From IMG/VR virus record IMGVR_UViG_3300031623_001144, positions 3,971-67,970 of that record: a DNA stretch of 64,000 nt; one strand, given 5' to 3'. Of this stretch, positions 56,107 to 64,000 are shown piece by piece. Source of the stretch: a virus. Numbering within the stretch: the stretch's first letter is position 1; every line of letters starts with the position of its first letter. The translations under genes were made by a program, and so were the position numbers. The notes beneath the pieces were generated by a model. That model was given only the letters and a program-made list of their open reading frames with translations, did not search any database and was not told where the DNA came from.

Positions 56107-56468
56107 AGGTTGTCCATCAAGTCATCATCCATACCCTGTGGTCTCTCATAACCTTCGCTATCAAGCTTCAGTTGAATTCTATAAGCTTTACACAAACTGG
56201 TCTTGCAGTCCTCAAAACCGTCTTTCCAAGCTCCAAGAGTCCAGACATCGTTCTTTAATCCACTGCGAGTCCAGCCATTTTTGACAAGATGCTCAAGCAT
56301 TTGGACTTCACGCTTTTCGGCGGCAATCTTTTTCTTTGCTTTCAAATTCTCTTTCCGACGCAATTTTTGTGTTGCAGAAACCCTTCTGGGTCTCTTTTTA
56401 GTGACACCAGATGCTTCTTTTTGAGCACGATTCTTAGCCTTGCGGCTTAACTTTTTAGTTTCTGTCAT
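56103..56468 (-). CDS. Basic hypothetical protein
   Basis: Lys/Arg-rich N-half; ATGA overlap. Confidence 0.6.
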   Translation of the reverse strand: MTETKKLSRKAKNRAQKEASGVTKKRPRRVSATQKLRRKENLKAKKKIAAEKREVQMLEHLVKNGWTRSGLKNDVWTLGAWKDGFEDCKTSLCKAYRIQLKLDSEGYERPQGMDDDLMDNL

Positions 56469-58066
56469 TTGATAAATTCCTTTTCGTAATCATCTCGCTC
56501 CATTACGTGAATGTCTTTCTCTGGATTTGGTCCATCACAAATATAGACAAACTCCACGTCATCCATGTTCTTCGTGGCTATAACTACTACGTTTCTCCAT
56601 AGCCTGTAAATAGATGGAAGAACTTCCCTGACGTACTTGTCATACAACGGTCTACCATCTGCATAATGTTGCAAGAAGAACCAACCTTTTCCCAGATGAT
56701 TAGGATCAGCTAATCTGATATCAGGCAATCCACCGTTAAGATACTTCTTAAGCAAGTTAGCTTTGATTGAGTCAAAATCTCTGTTGATTATCTTCCATTC
56801 CCCATTAGGGAATTTTCTGTATTCAAAGAACTCTTTCTTCTCACAAAGTTCTCTTGTGAAAAACTCACTAATCAACGTGTAATCATTGTAGTGCTTACGA
56901 ACGTCAAATACTTTGTCCATACCAAGACCGAGTTTCTTATCCCAGTTTTCTTTTTCTTGCATGTCCTTGCACTCTTCCCATTCTCTTCCAAACTTTCCTT
57001 TGTTCCATCGATCTTCGATGTCCAAAAGAATTTCGTATCCAAGCTTGTATGGGTTCATGCTGTACTTGCCGCCAAGAACTCGCATCTTGTGTTCAGCGTA
57101 ATGCCAAATACCGTCTGCTTCATTCTCTTGGCCAAGAGATGCTAATCCCTCTCTGCAAAGGAGATGATAGTCTACAAAACTAGCCCAGCCTTCATTGATC
57201 ATCTTAGTTTGTCTTTGTGGTGCAAAATACATACTCTCTTCATAGAGCATGGTAATGATATCTTGTTGCCACGGTTTCATTGGAGCTTTATCTTTTAAGT
57301 ACCCCATGATATTACGAGTAGGCTTTCCATAAATATCTAAGAAATCAGCAGCTTCCTTTTTCTCAATTTCTTCATGTTGTTCGTCAATGAAATCTTTTTG
57401 GTTAACCCACTCATCCATGTATCCATGAGTTGACGTAAGACGATTAGGAAAACGATATTCTCTATCGTCTTTCAAATTCACATTCACAATCTCCTTTTTT
57501 CTCCATGCAATACGAGAATCAATAAGAGTTTCAACCCTCAAGCATTGATCAATAAATTCAGTCACCACTTCACTGCCCCATCGAGCAATGTAGTTTCTAA
57601 TACGAGTGCTATGATTAGCCAACTTATTCATCATGTTATTGTCAGTTGGCTCAAAGAACACATTGTTCTTAAAGAAATCATTGTGCCCGATAGCATGGCA
57701 AATTACATCCACGTTATCGACAAGCGTATTGGAGTCCATACAGTAGATGTAACATGGATTGGTATTGATGACCATTTCACTAATACGATACTGATTGTGC
57801 TCGTATCCCTGAGCCATTTGTTCGTATTCCATACCCCACTTCCAATGAGGATATCTCACTGGGAATCCACCATAACTAGCGATCTCAGACATCTCATCAT
57901 ATCTGACAAACTCGACAATAGTTGGATAGTAATCCAACCCCATCTTCTTACACTCTTCATGAATGCGAGGAATGAGATCATTTACTTCTTTGTGGATCTT
58001 CAGACCCGGAATTGTATTGTCACCCTCCAACAAGGGAGAGCCGCTCATCATTCTTGATTTAGTCAT
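56465..58066 (-). CDS. spoVR: SpoVR/YcgB family protein
   Basis: YGGFPVRYPHW, EMVIN, HNDFFKNN, TKMINEGWAS, NPYKLG. Confidence 0.93.
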   Translation of the reverse strand: MTKSRMMSGSPLLEGDNTIPGLKIHKEVNDLIPRIHEECKKMGLDYYPTIVEFVRYDEMSEIASYGGFPVRYPHWKWGMEYEQMAQGYEHNQYRISEMVINTNPCYIYCMDSNTLVDNVDVICHAIGHNDFFKNNVFFEPTDNNMMNKLANHSTRIRNYIARWGSEVVTEFIDQCLRVETLIDSRIAWRKKEIVNVNLKDDREYRFPNRLTSTHGYMDEWVNQKDFIDEQHEEIEKKEAADFLDIYGKPTRNIMGYLKDKAPMKPWQQDIITMLYEESMYFAPQRQTKMINEGWASFVDYHLLCREGLASLGQENEADGIWHYAEHKMRVLGGKYSMNPYKLGYEILLDIEDRWNKGKFGREWEECKDMQEKENWDKKLGLGMDKVFDVRKHYNDYTLISEFFTRELCEKKEFFEYRKFPNGEWKIINRDFDSIKANLLKKYLNGGLPDIRLADPNHLGKGWFFLQHYADGRPLYDKYVREVLPSIYRLWRNVVVIATKNMDDVEFVYICDGPNPEKDIHVMERDDYEKEFIK

Positions 58067-58106
58067 CCTAAAATTCCTTAAATATACTCACTCTTGAATC
58101 TTTATG

Positions 58107-59156
58107 TTACTTCATCTCACATAAAGATGCAAGCTCTTCTTTGATCCTATTGAGTGGATGACTCCAATCTCCTTCTTTTTCTTGTCTAAACATTCTTACA
58201 GAAGGATACCAGAGAGAAGTTTCATATTTCTTGGTTTCTCCAAAATCATATATCACTTCACTGTTGCCACACTTGCTCCATCTAGGATCAGCTTCAAATG
58301 GCAACAATCCAAAAGTTGGTTTGCCCATTGCTCCAGCCAAGTGAAGAACCACAGTGTCTACAGACACTATCACATCCATTTCAGCTATCGCACTCGCTGT
58401 ATCTGATAAGTTTTTAAGCGGATGCCACATAGCATCAGGATGGATTCCATATAAATAAACCCCAGAGTCGTCACACCAATCTAAAAAATCTTCATGTTGA
58501 TCATCTGGAACAGATTTCTTCTGTGATAAAACATTCTCTGAATTGCTCTTCCACGATATTCCCACGCTCGGTTTCCCCAAAGTGTGGTTCACCTCCTTCA
58601 TGGGTACTAACTCCGACTGTGTTGGAATATCCGACTGGTCGAGCAAGTTCAGAAAATGTACGGGATAGTAAACAGCATGTTTAAGTCCATTCAGCAACGC
58701 CGGAATACTTAATATATTTGTGTTGTAATCACACTTGATGTGTTCGTTCGTAAATTTATGGATAGCTGGGATTTGTTCCAGAAGCTCTTTGAAGTCGTTA
58801 TAGTAGGCATAATTGTTTAAGACAATTTTGCAATCCCACGCCTCTTTCATCACATCCAAATAGCGAAGCATATTGATTGTGTCGCCCATCCCTTGATCGC
58901 AAAAAATCTCTATGGATTTTCCATCAAGGGACTGACCTTCCCAATACTGCCCAAAAAAGTCTATAACTTGAGTCGGCTCTTCTTCGCTACGACAAGGCGC
59001 ATGAATCAAATCAAGCAATCTCAAAATCATGGGATTGTTTGAATCGATTTTTCTAATTACAGATAACATCTGTATTGCCTTGTTACATCTTCCTGTGTGA
59101 ATGTAATTGTAACAAGTAGCTAAAGATTGATCGACAAACCCTTGGGTTTGATCCAT
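58107..59156 (-). CDS. TPR + GT9-like glycosyltransferase
   Basis: WEGQSL.GK.I....DQGMGDTI...RY, VGISW, VSVDT...HLAGAMGKP, D.RW, WYPS.R.FRQ. Confidence 0.85.
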   Translation of the reverse strand: MDQTQGFVDQSLATCYNYIHTGRCNKAIQMLSVIRKIDSNNPMILRLLDLIHAPCRSEEEPTQVIDFFGQYWEGQSLDGKSIEIFCDQGMGDTINMLRYLDVMKEAWDCKIVLNNYAYYNDFKELLEQIPAIHKFTNEHIKCDYNTNILSIPALLNGLKHAVYYPVHFLNLLDQSDIPTQSELVPMKEVNHTLGKPSVGISWKSNSENVLSQKKSVPDDQHEDFLDWCDDSGVYLYGIHPDAMWHPLKNLSDTASAIAEMDVIVSVDTVVLHLAGAMGKPTFGLLPFEADPRWSKCGNSEVIYDFGETKKYETSLWYPSVRMFRQEKEGDWSHPLNRIKEELASLCEMK

Positions 59157-60418
59157 CAGTCTCCTCCCACATAATCAAGGGATGCTCCAACTGATTGATC
59201 TGCCGCTAACAATCTTTTAATGGCACCAATGATTTGAGAGTTTCTATCCTCTTCTGACAAATCTGGAGAATATCCCCAATTGCCTCCGAAAGAGTTAGTG
59301 TCACTATCGTTGTCTTCTTCGTCTTGTCCAATCCCCGCAGTTCTCAAATAGTCTTTATTGAGTTTTCCGTTCTTAAGAGATTCATCAATATACGCCTTAA
59401 CGCTATCTTGATATCTCCAAGAGCAAATCTGAGAAATGCCAATCATGTTGATCCTGTCTGGACCAAGCTCTTCTTTGATGATTTCAACCATCTTCTGATT
59501 ATCTCCACCCCAGTTGTCTCCATCAGAGAAGTAAAAGATGTAGACATTAAAGTTAGATGGCGGGAATCTGTTCTCAAGCTGATCAGCAATTGATCGAAAC
59601 GCAGAAGAACACATTGTTCCGCCGCCATATCGATAGCTGTAGAATTCTTCTTCGTTGACCTCTTGAGCACGAGTATCATGAACGAAGTAGCATCTCTCAA
59701 CTCTCTTGTAGAACCTTCTGATCCAGCAATCAATCCACCACGACATATCGCTAACGATGTCGCATCTGTAATCATCCATAGAGCCAGAACAGTCTCTTGC
59801 GAAGAAGATGACAGCATTCGAAGAAGGTATCTTTATTTCCTTAAACTGACGATACCTAAAATCACTATTGATTGGAGTAATGATCTTCATTGGAATTTTT
59901 GAATTATTCGCATAATGAAGATCATCCAGTTGCCCAGTCATAGCCAGACGCTTCATTGCTTCCATCATCGTGCGTCGAGGATGACGCAAAGAGTTTAAGC
60001 CAACTTTAGAAATGTCATTATATCTGATTCTGACACTTTCAAAAGTTTCATTAGGTTTGGGCCTCATTCGAGGAAGCTCTAAATCTTCCTCCATCAAACG
60101 ATAAACATCATCCATGTCTATCGTAATGTTGATGCCTTCACCGGGGTCTTCACCGGCACCGCCTTCGCCTTGACCCGGTTGTGGATCACGACCAACAACG
60201 TCACCTTCTTTGCCCGGCCCTCTTCCAACTCCCTCTCCATTGTCTCCAAAGACAAAGTGAGGAATATCGATTTGAGGAATGCTAATCGTCATCTTGCCGC
60301 CCTTTGGACGACGACGAACAAGCCCACCATTGCTGATGAGACGTTTTAGCTCACGTCTTGTTCTACCGGAAATTACATCCCGGAATTTTTTGTGGTCTTC
60401 TTGAATTCGCTTCGGCAT
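59156..60418 (-). CDS. yeaH: YeaH/YhbH (DUF444) vWA-domain protein
   Basis: Gly-rich linker, LELP, DCSGSM (MIDAS), GGT..SSA, FSDGDNW. Confidence 0.92.
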   Translation of the reverse strand: MPKRIQEDHKKFRDVISGRTRRELKRLISNGGLVRRRPKGGKMTISIPQIDIPHFVFGDNGEGVGRGPGKEGDVVGRDPQPGQGEGGAGEDPGEGINITIDMDDVYRLMEEDLELPRMRPKPNETFESVRIRYNDISKVGLNSLRHPRRTMMEAMKRLAMTGQLDDLHYANNSKIPMKIITPINSDFRYRQFKEIKIPSSNAVIFFARDCSGSMDDYRCDIVSDMSWWIDCWIRRFYKRVERCYFVHDTRAQEVNEEEFYSYRYGGGTMCSSAFRSIADQLENRFPPSNFNVYIFYFSDGDNWGGDNQKMVEIIKEELGPDRINMIGISQICSWRYQDSVKAYIDESLKNGKLNKDYLRTAGIGQDEEDNDSDTNSFGGNWGYSPDLSEEDRNSQIIGAIKRLLAADQSVGASLDYVGGD

Positions 60419-60443
60419 GATCTTTTCCTTGTAAGCCTTTTAA

Positions 60444-60490
60444 GAAAAAAGCGGTAACGGCAGAGCTATGGAGCTTCCACCGTCACCGCC
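60444..60490 (-). terminator. Terminator/attenuator between prkA and yeaH
   Basis: GCGGTGACGG...CCGTTACCGC followed by T7 on minus strand. Confidence 0.75.
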
Positions 60491-60500
60491 ACTCAGTCAC

Positions 60501-62600
60501 CTACTCGGAGGTATCGCCACGAGCGAAGATGGAAGAAACATAATCGAGCACATCTGTAGCAGACTGTTGGTTATAACCGTACTGCTTAATCAGACGAGTT
60601 TTGATTGCGTCGATCTTCTCTTGAAGCTCAGGATCAAGATCGGCTGCTTCTTTGGTAAGAGAAGCCAGCTTGACTGTATCCTTGACATCTTCAAAGACCT
60701 TGGCCTCTAAAGCTCGTTTAAGCTCTTCGTTAGAGTCCCATGCAAACTTCTTGCCTCTGTGAACGAGAGTTCCAATAAAGGCCGCAAGAGATCGTCGGAA
60801 GTCATCGCAACCCTGTTCTGGGATGCCATTCTTCTCTTCGATGCTTCTCATCAATCGCTCGTCAGGGTCCATCAACTCTTCTGTGATTGGATGGATCATC
60901 TTTTCTGCATTGACATAAGCAATCACATTGTCAATGTATTTGTTGCAAAGTCTCTCGATTGCTTTTTCGTCTGCAACCAATGCTCTTTGGACTTCGTTCT
61001 TCAAGATTTCATCCAGTTCCTTAATGGCGAGTTCAGCACAATATTCGTATCGCTTACGATCCTCTACATTAGTAATTAGAGAGGAAATGCTCAAACCCTT
61101 CTTGATTTCGCTCATCACATGGAAAACATTGATGTAATCCTTGTGTCGTGCAAGACAGTTTGAAATCTTATCTTGCGTGTAACGAGCCGAAACTCCAGAT
61201 GACATCCCTTCTTCGGTGAACTTATCACGAAGCTCTTTAACGGTATCTTCAGTCCAACCGGGGATGGCTCGACCATCATAAAGCTTAGCTTTGTCACGCA
61301 AATCAAGCTTTCCATCACCGTCATCTTCAAGACGTGTCAAGATGTCGAAGAATGCCGCAATCTCAAGAGTATGAGGCATGATGTGCTGCTTAACTTTATC
61401 TGTACCATAATCCTGTTCCAGAACTTTAAGCTCATCCGACCAGCGAAGCAGATAAGGAACATCTACTTTAACAGTACGGTCTCGTAGAGCTTCCATGAAC
61501 TGATTGGCCTTCAGCTTTTCGTACTCAGGGTTGTTGGTGTGAGCAATGATAAGCTCATCCACAACAATCTGAGCGAACTTCTTAGGCTTGATCTGGTGTT
61601 CTTGAGAAACACCAAGAAGATCATAAAGGAAAGCATTGTCGAGCTTCAACATTTCGATGAACTCAACCACTCCACGATTTCCAACTTCAAACTCTCCATC
61701 GAAGTTGAAAGCTCTTGGATCGGAGTCAGAACCAAAGTGGCCAATCTTAGCGAAGTTCATATCTCCGGTAAGCTCGGTGCTATCTTGGTTCTTCTCGTCC
61801 TTCGGCTGGAATGTTCCAATTCCAATACGATCCGATTCAGAGTGACACTGACGCACAACACGAATATGATTCTCAACAACCTTAAGCCAATCACCATCGT
61901 ACTTTTCAAGAAGCTCTTTCATGAACAACTTGCAACGAGGGTTGGGCTCACCTTCGCAAATCAATTCGTAGACGGAATGCTTTTCTCCATCAGGGGCTTG
62001 ATCCACATGGATAGTGTTGATGTCTTTAAGCACTTCGTCTCGCATCTCTCTTGGGAGCAAACGAAGAGGACTGTCGTGCATAGCGGCATCACACTTATCA
62101 GTGTTATAAATACCGTCTGGTCCTTCAAAGGGAAGATCAACCCACTTGTAAGTGTACCAAGCACCTTCGTCAGTTCGACTGTATGCTTCAAGACCCTTTT
62201 TCAATACACGACAAATTGTGGATTTAGACGAACCAACAGGTCCGTGTAAAAGAAGAACTCTCTTCTCTGTTCCATAATGCCCAGCAGCACCATGAATAAA
62301 ATCAACAAGGTCCATCAAAGTTTCTTCAAGTCCAAAAATTGGATAATCGGAATCACTGAAGAAATTGTATCTCGTGTGCTTACGACGATGCCTTGTGAAA
62401 GTTTCTGTCCCTTTGGACATGATTGTGTCGTACACGTATTGAAAAGCATTACGTGCCAACTTTGGCTTCTTCTTCAAAAGTTCAATGTACTCACCAAAAC
62501 TCATCTCCTCATTCAACGTGAGGAACTCGTCACGATTGTACATCGAAGCATATTGTTTAAGAGCGTTACTGCTCGGCGTTGTTTCTTTAATGTTTTCCAT
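60501..62600 (-). CDS. prkA: PrkA/YeaG AAA+ protein
   Basis: LLLHGPVGSSKST, FQPKDEKNQD, SDPRAF, NRG..EFIEMLK, HTN, EALRDR. Confidence 0.95.
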   Translation of the reverse strand: MENIKETTPSSNALKQYASMYNRDEFLTLNEEMSFGEYIELLKKKPKLARNAFQYVYDTIMSKGTETFTRHRRKHTRYNFFSDSDYPIFGLEETLMDLVDFIHGAAGHYGTEKRVLLLHGPVGSSKSTICRVLKKGLEAYSRTDEGAWYTYKWVDLPFEGPDGIYNTDKCDAAMHDSPLRLLPREMRDEVLKDINTIHVDQAPDGEKHSVYELICEGEPNPRCKLFMKELLEKYDGDWLKVVENHIRVVRQCHSESDRIGIGTFQPKDEKNQDSTELTGDMNFAKIGHFGSDSDPRAFNFDGEFEVGNRGVVEFIEMLKLDNAFLYDLLGVSQEHQIKPKKFAQIVVDELIIAHTNNPEYEKLKANQFMEALRDRTVKVDVPYLLRWSDELKVLEQDYGTDKVKQHIMPHTLEIAAFFDILTRLEDDGDGKLDLRDKAKLYDGRAIPGWTEDTVKELRDKFTEEGMSSGVSARYTQDKISNCLARHKDYINVFHVMSEIKKGLSISSLITNVEDRKRYEYCAELAIKELDEILKNEVQRALVADEKAIERLCNKYIDNVIAYVNAEKMIHPITEELMDPDERLMRSIEEKNGIPEQGCDDFRRSLAAFIGTLVHRGKKFAWDSNEELKRALEAKVFEDVKDTVKLASLTKEAADLDPELQEKIDAIKTRLIKQYGYNQQSATDVLDYVSSIFARGDTSE

Positions 62601-62688
62601 TTACAAATCCCCTTGTAAGTTGACTGAATATGCACGGAGTATACAGCCAAGGGAAAAACATTACAAGAGGTATATTAAAGAAAATGCT

Positions 62689-63015
62689 TTAAGTTGAAGA
62701 AAGTCCCATTGGAGATTTTACTTTCTTAGTCGAACCATTTTTTGGTGCCTTAAAGAATTCTCCAGCTTTATTGGGCTTTATAGTTACAGAAGTTAGTAAA
62801 TCACCGGAAGGCATGACGGCTTTGGACATTGTTTTTTGTCCTCCCAACATTCTCTTGATATCGCTTCCGCCTCTTTTTTTTGTGGAAGGAGTCATTGCTG
62901 CTTGTTGAAAAAACTTTTTATCAAGAGCGTGATCCACTCTGGCCGGATTGGACTTAACGGGATTCCCGAAGAGACCTTGAAGATCCTCTTTCTGTAAGAA
63001 TTCCTTGAACGTCAT
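62689..63015 (-). CDS. Basic protein with capsid-targeting-like N-terminus
   Basis: MTFKEFLQKED. Confidence 0.55.
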   Translation of the reverse strand: MTFKEFLQKEDLQGLFGNPVKSNPARVDHALDKKFFQQAAMTPSTKKRGGSDIKRMLGGQKTMSKAVMPSGDLLTSVTIKPNKAGEFFKAPKNGSTKKVKSPMGLSST

Positions 63016-63365
63016 TTCTTCCCCATCTTTTTAGCCATCATTCGTCTCATCATTCCTCTCATTGGTTGCCCAAGAAATTGAAGAGAAAGTTGACGCATGA
63101 CATCACCTTGATCAAATTTAAGATTGTTGGGGTTGTTTTGAGTGTCCAAAACATTTGAAGAAATCTTTGTGAGCAAACTGTTTTGCTGTGGTCCGTTTCC
63201 CGCCCCCATCAACTTAGTGATCATAGGATTCGAGGCATTTGTTGAAGTGAAATCAGTAACGGCTTGGCCTGTGTCTTGAGCAGTATTCGTAGGATTCATA
63301 TCCGCTCCCATGGAGTTCAGGTTTTTCCCACCTACATCTTCTAGCCAGTTCTTAAATGATTTCAT
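63012..63365 (-). CDS. Putative internal head protein
   Basis: Likely start MKSFKNWLED at 63365; TAAATA 8 nt upstream. Confidence 0.55.
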   Translation of the reverse strand: MKSFKNWLEDVGGKNLNSMGADMNPTNTAQDTGQAVTDFTSTNASNPMITKLMGAGNGPQQNSLLTKISSNVLDTQNNPNNLKFDQGDVMRQLSLQFLGQPMRGMMRRMMAKKMGKK

Positions 63366-63530
63366 AACGAAGGTATTTAGCCTTCTAAACCCACTTCTCT
63401 TCGTACAACTCTTCTTTGCCATACGTTTTTTTATGACAACATTCACACAAAGTGACGCCGTTATCCAAATTTGTTCCTAATTCTGGGTAATCTGAAAGCT
63501 TTTTTACATGATCACACTCTCCTTTTCCTT

Positions 63531-63812
63531 CTAAACCCATTGCTCTTCACCATCTTCGTCCCAAAAATGCAAAACAGTTGTTCCTGAAGTTGTGTTATAT
63601 TTCCGGTCGATCACAATCTGATCATCATGTATTTTTCTATGACAGTTAGCGCATGTCACTAGGACATTTGATTCAACATATCTTCCTCCATCTTCTCCGG
63701 GAATTATTCTATGACAATCCAAAACTGCATAATCTTCTTCCCCGCACAGATAACATTTTCCTTCTGATTTCTTCTTGTGAACTTTGTTTACAAGTTTTTG
63801 TCCATGTCTCAA
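63531..63812 (-). CDS. Small HNH endonuclease
   Basis: CYLCG, HRIIPG..GG.Y...N....CANCHRKIH. Confidence 0.85.
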   Translation of the reverse strand: MRHGQKLVNKVHKKKSEGKCYLCGEEDYAVLDCHRIIPGEDGGRYVESNVLVTCANCHRKIHDDQIVIDRKYNTTSGTTVLHFWDEDGEEQWV

Positions 63813-63865
63813 ATTTCCCCCTACCCTCCATAGATAATTACAACCTTAACATATCAGGAGGATTT

Positions 63866-64000
63866 ATGCGATATCTATCCGCATTTCTAATGGCTTTTGC
63901 CTTGTGTCTATTTGCTGGTTGTGCGTCTGACAGTTGTTGCGACAACTGTGTTGATGAATGCACATGTAACGTCGAAGATGGTCATTGCTGCTGCGATGGC
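63866..64000 (+). CDS. Cys-rich lipoprotein, truncated by window edge
   Basis: AGGAGG SD; MRYLSAFLMAFALCLFAG-CASDSCCDNCVDECTCNVEDGHCCCDG. Confidence 0.7.
   Translation, partial: MRYLSAFLMAFALCLFAGCASDSCCDNCVDECTCNVEDGHCCCDG

Noticed and set aside
61539-62249. Long plus-strand ORFs opposite prkA, spoVR, the epimerase and others
   Set aside because: Antisense shadows of well-supported genes, with no independent motifs.
1-64000. CRISPR array, tRNA genes, reverse transcriptase/DGR, integrase or transposase
   Set aside because: No regularly spaced repeats, cloverleafs or such protein motifs seen by eye.
1-64000. Stop-codon reassignment, as in some huge phages
   Set aside because: Conserved genes are full length in code 11 and coding density is high.
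1-64000. Bacterial chromosome origin
   Set aside because: Housekeeping genes are orphaned from their operons and mixed with phage hallmarks. No capsid or terminase is in the window, so phage identity remains an inference.

Overview
This 64-kb window is best read as part of a very large (jumbo/huge) bacteriophage genome, not a bacterial chromosome. It is densely packed, mostly minus-strand and uses genetic code 11. It has many short hypothetical genes, PhoH, MazG, dCMP deaminase, HNH endonucleases, virion-like proteins and a recurring T4-like capsid-targeting N-terminus. Isolated host-like genes include IF3, bS21, peptide deformylase, DnaJ, ClpP, tmRNA, PspC, a ThDP 2-oxo-acid decarboxylase and the PrkA-YeaH-SpoVR trio. 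A dispersed glycan-modification toolkit is also present. The most striking element is in the DnaE-type polymerase: a 389-aa intein whose centre is not an in-frame endonuclease but a complete Vsr/DUF559-like homing endonuclease gene overprinted in the +1 frame with its own Shine-Dalgarno, while the intein frame stays open. The polymerase is also split into two genes about 9 kb apart with no intein at the break. The tmRNA is interrupted by an IC3-type group I intron in its T-loop, followed by a free-standing HNH gene and preceded by an unclassified structured RNA. All calls are from motif reading by eye; no database searches were run.
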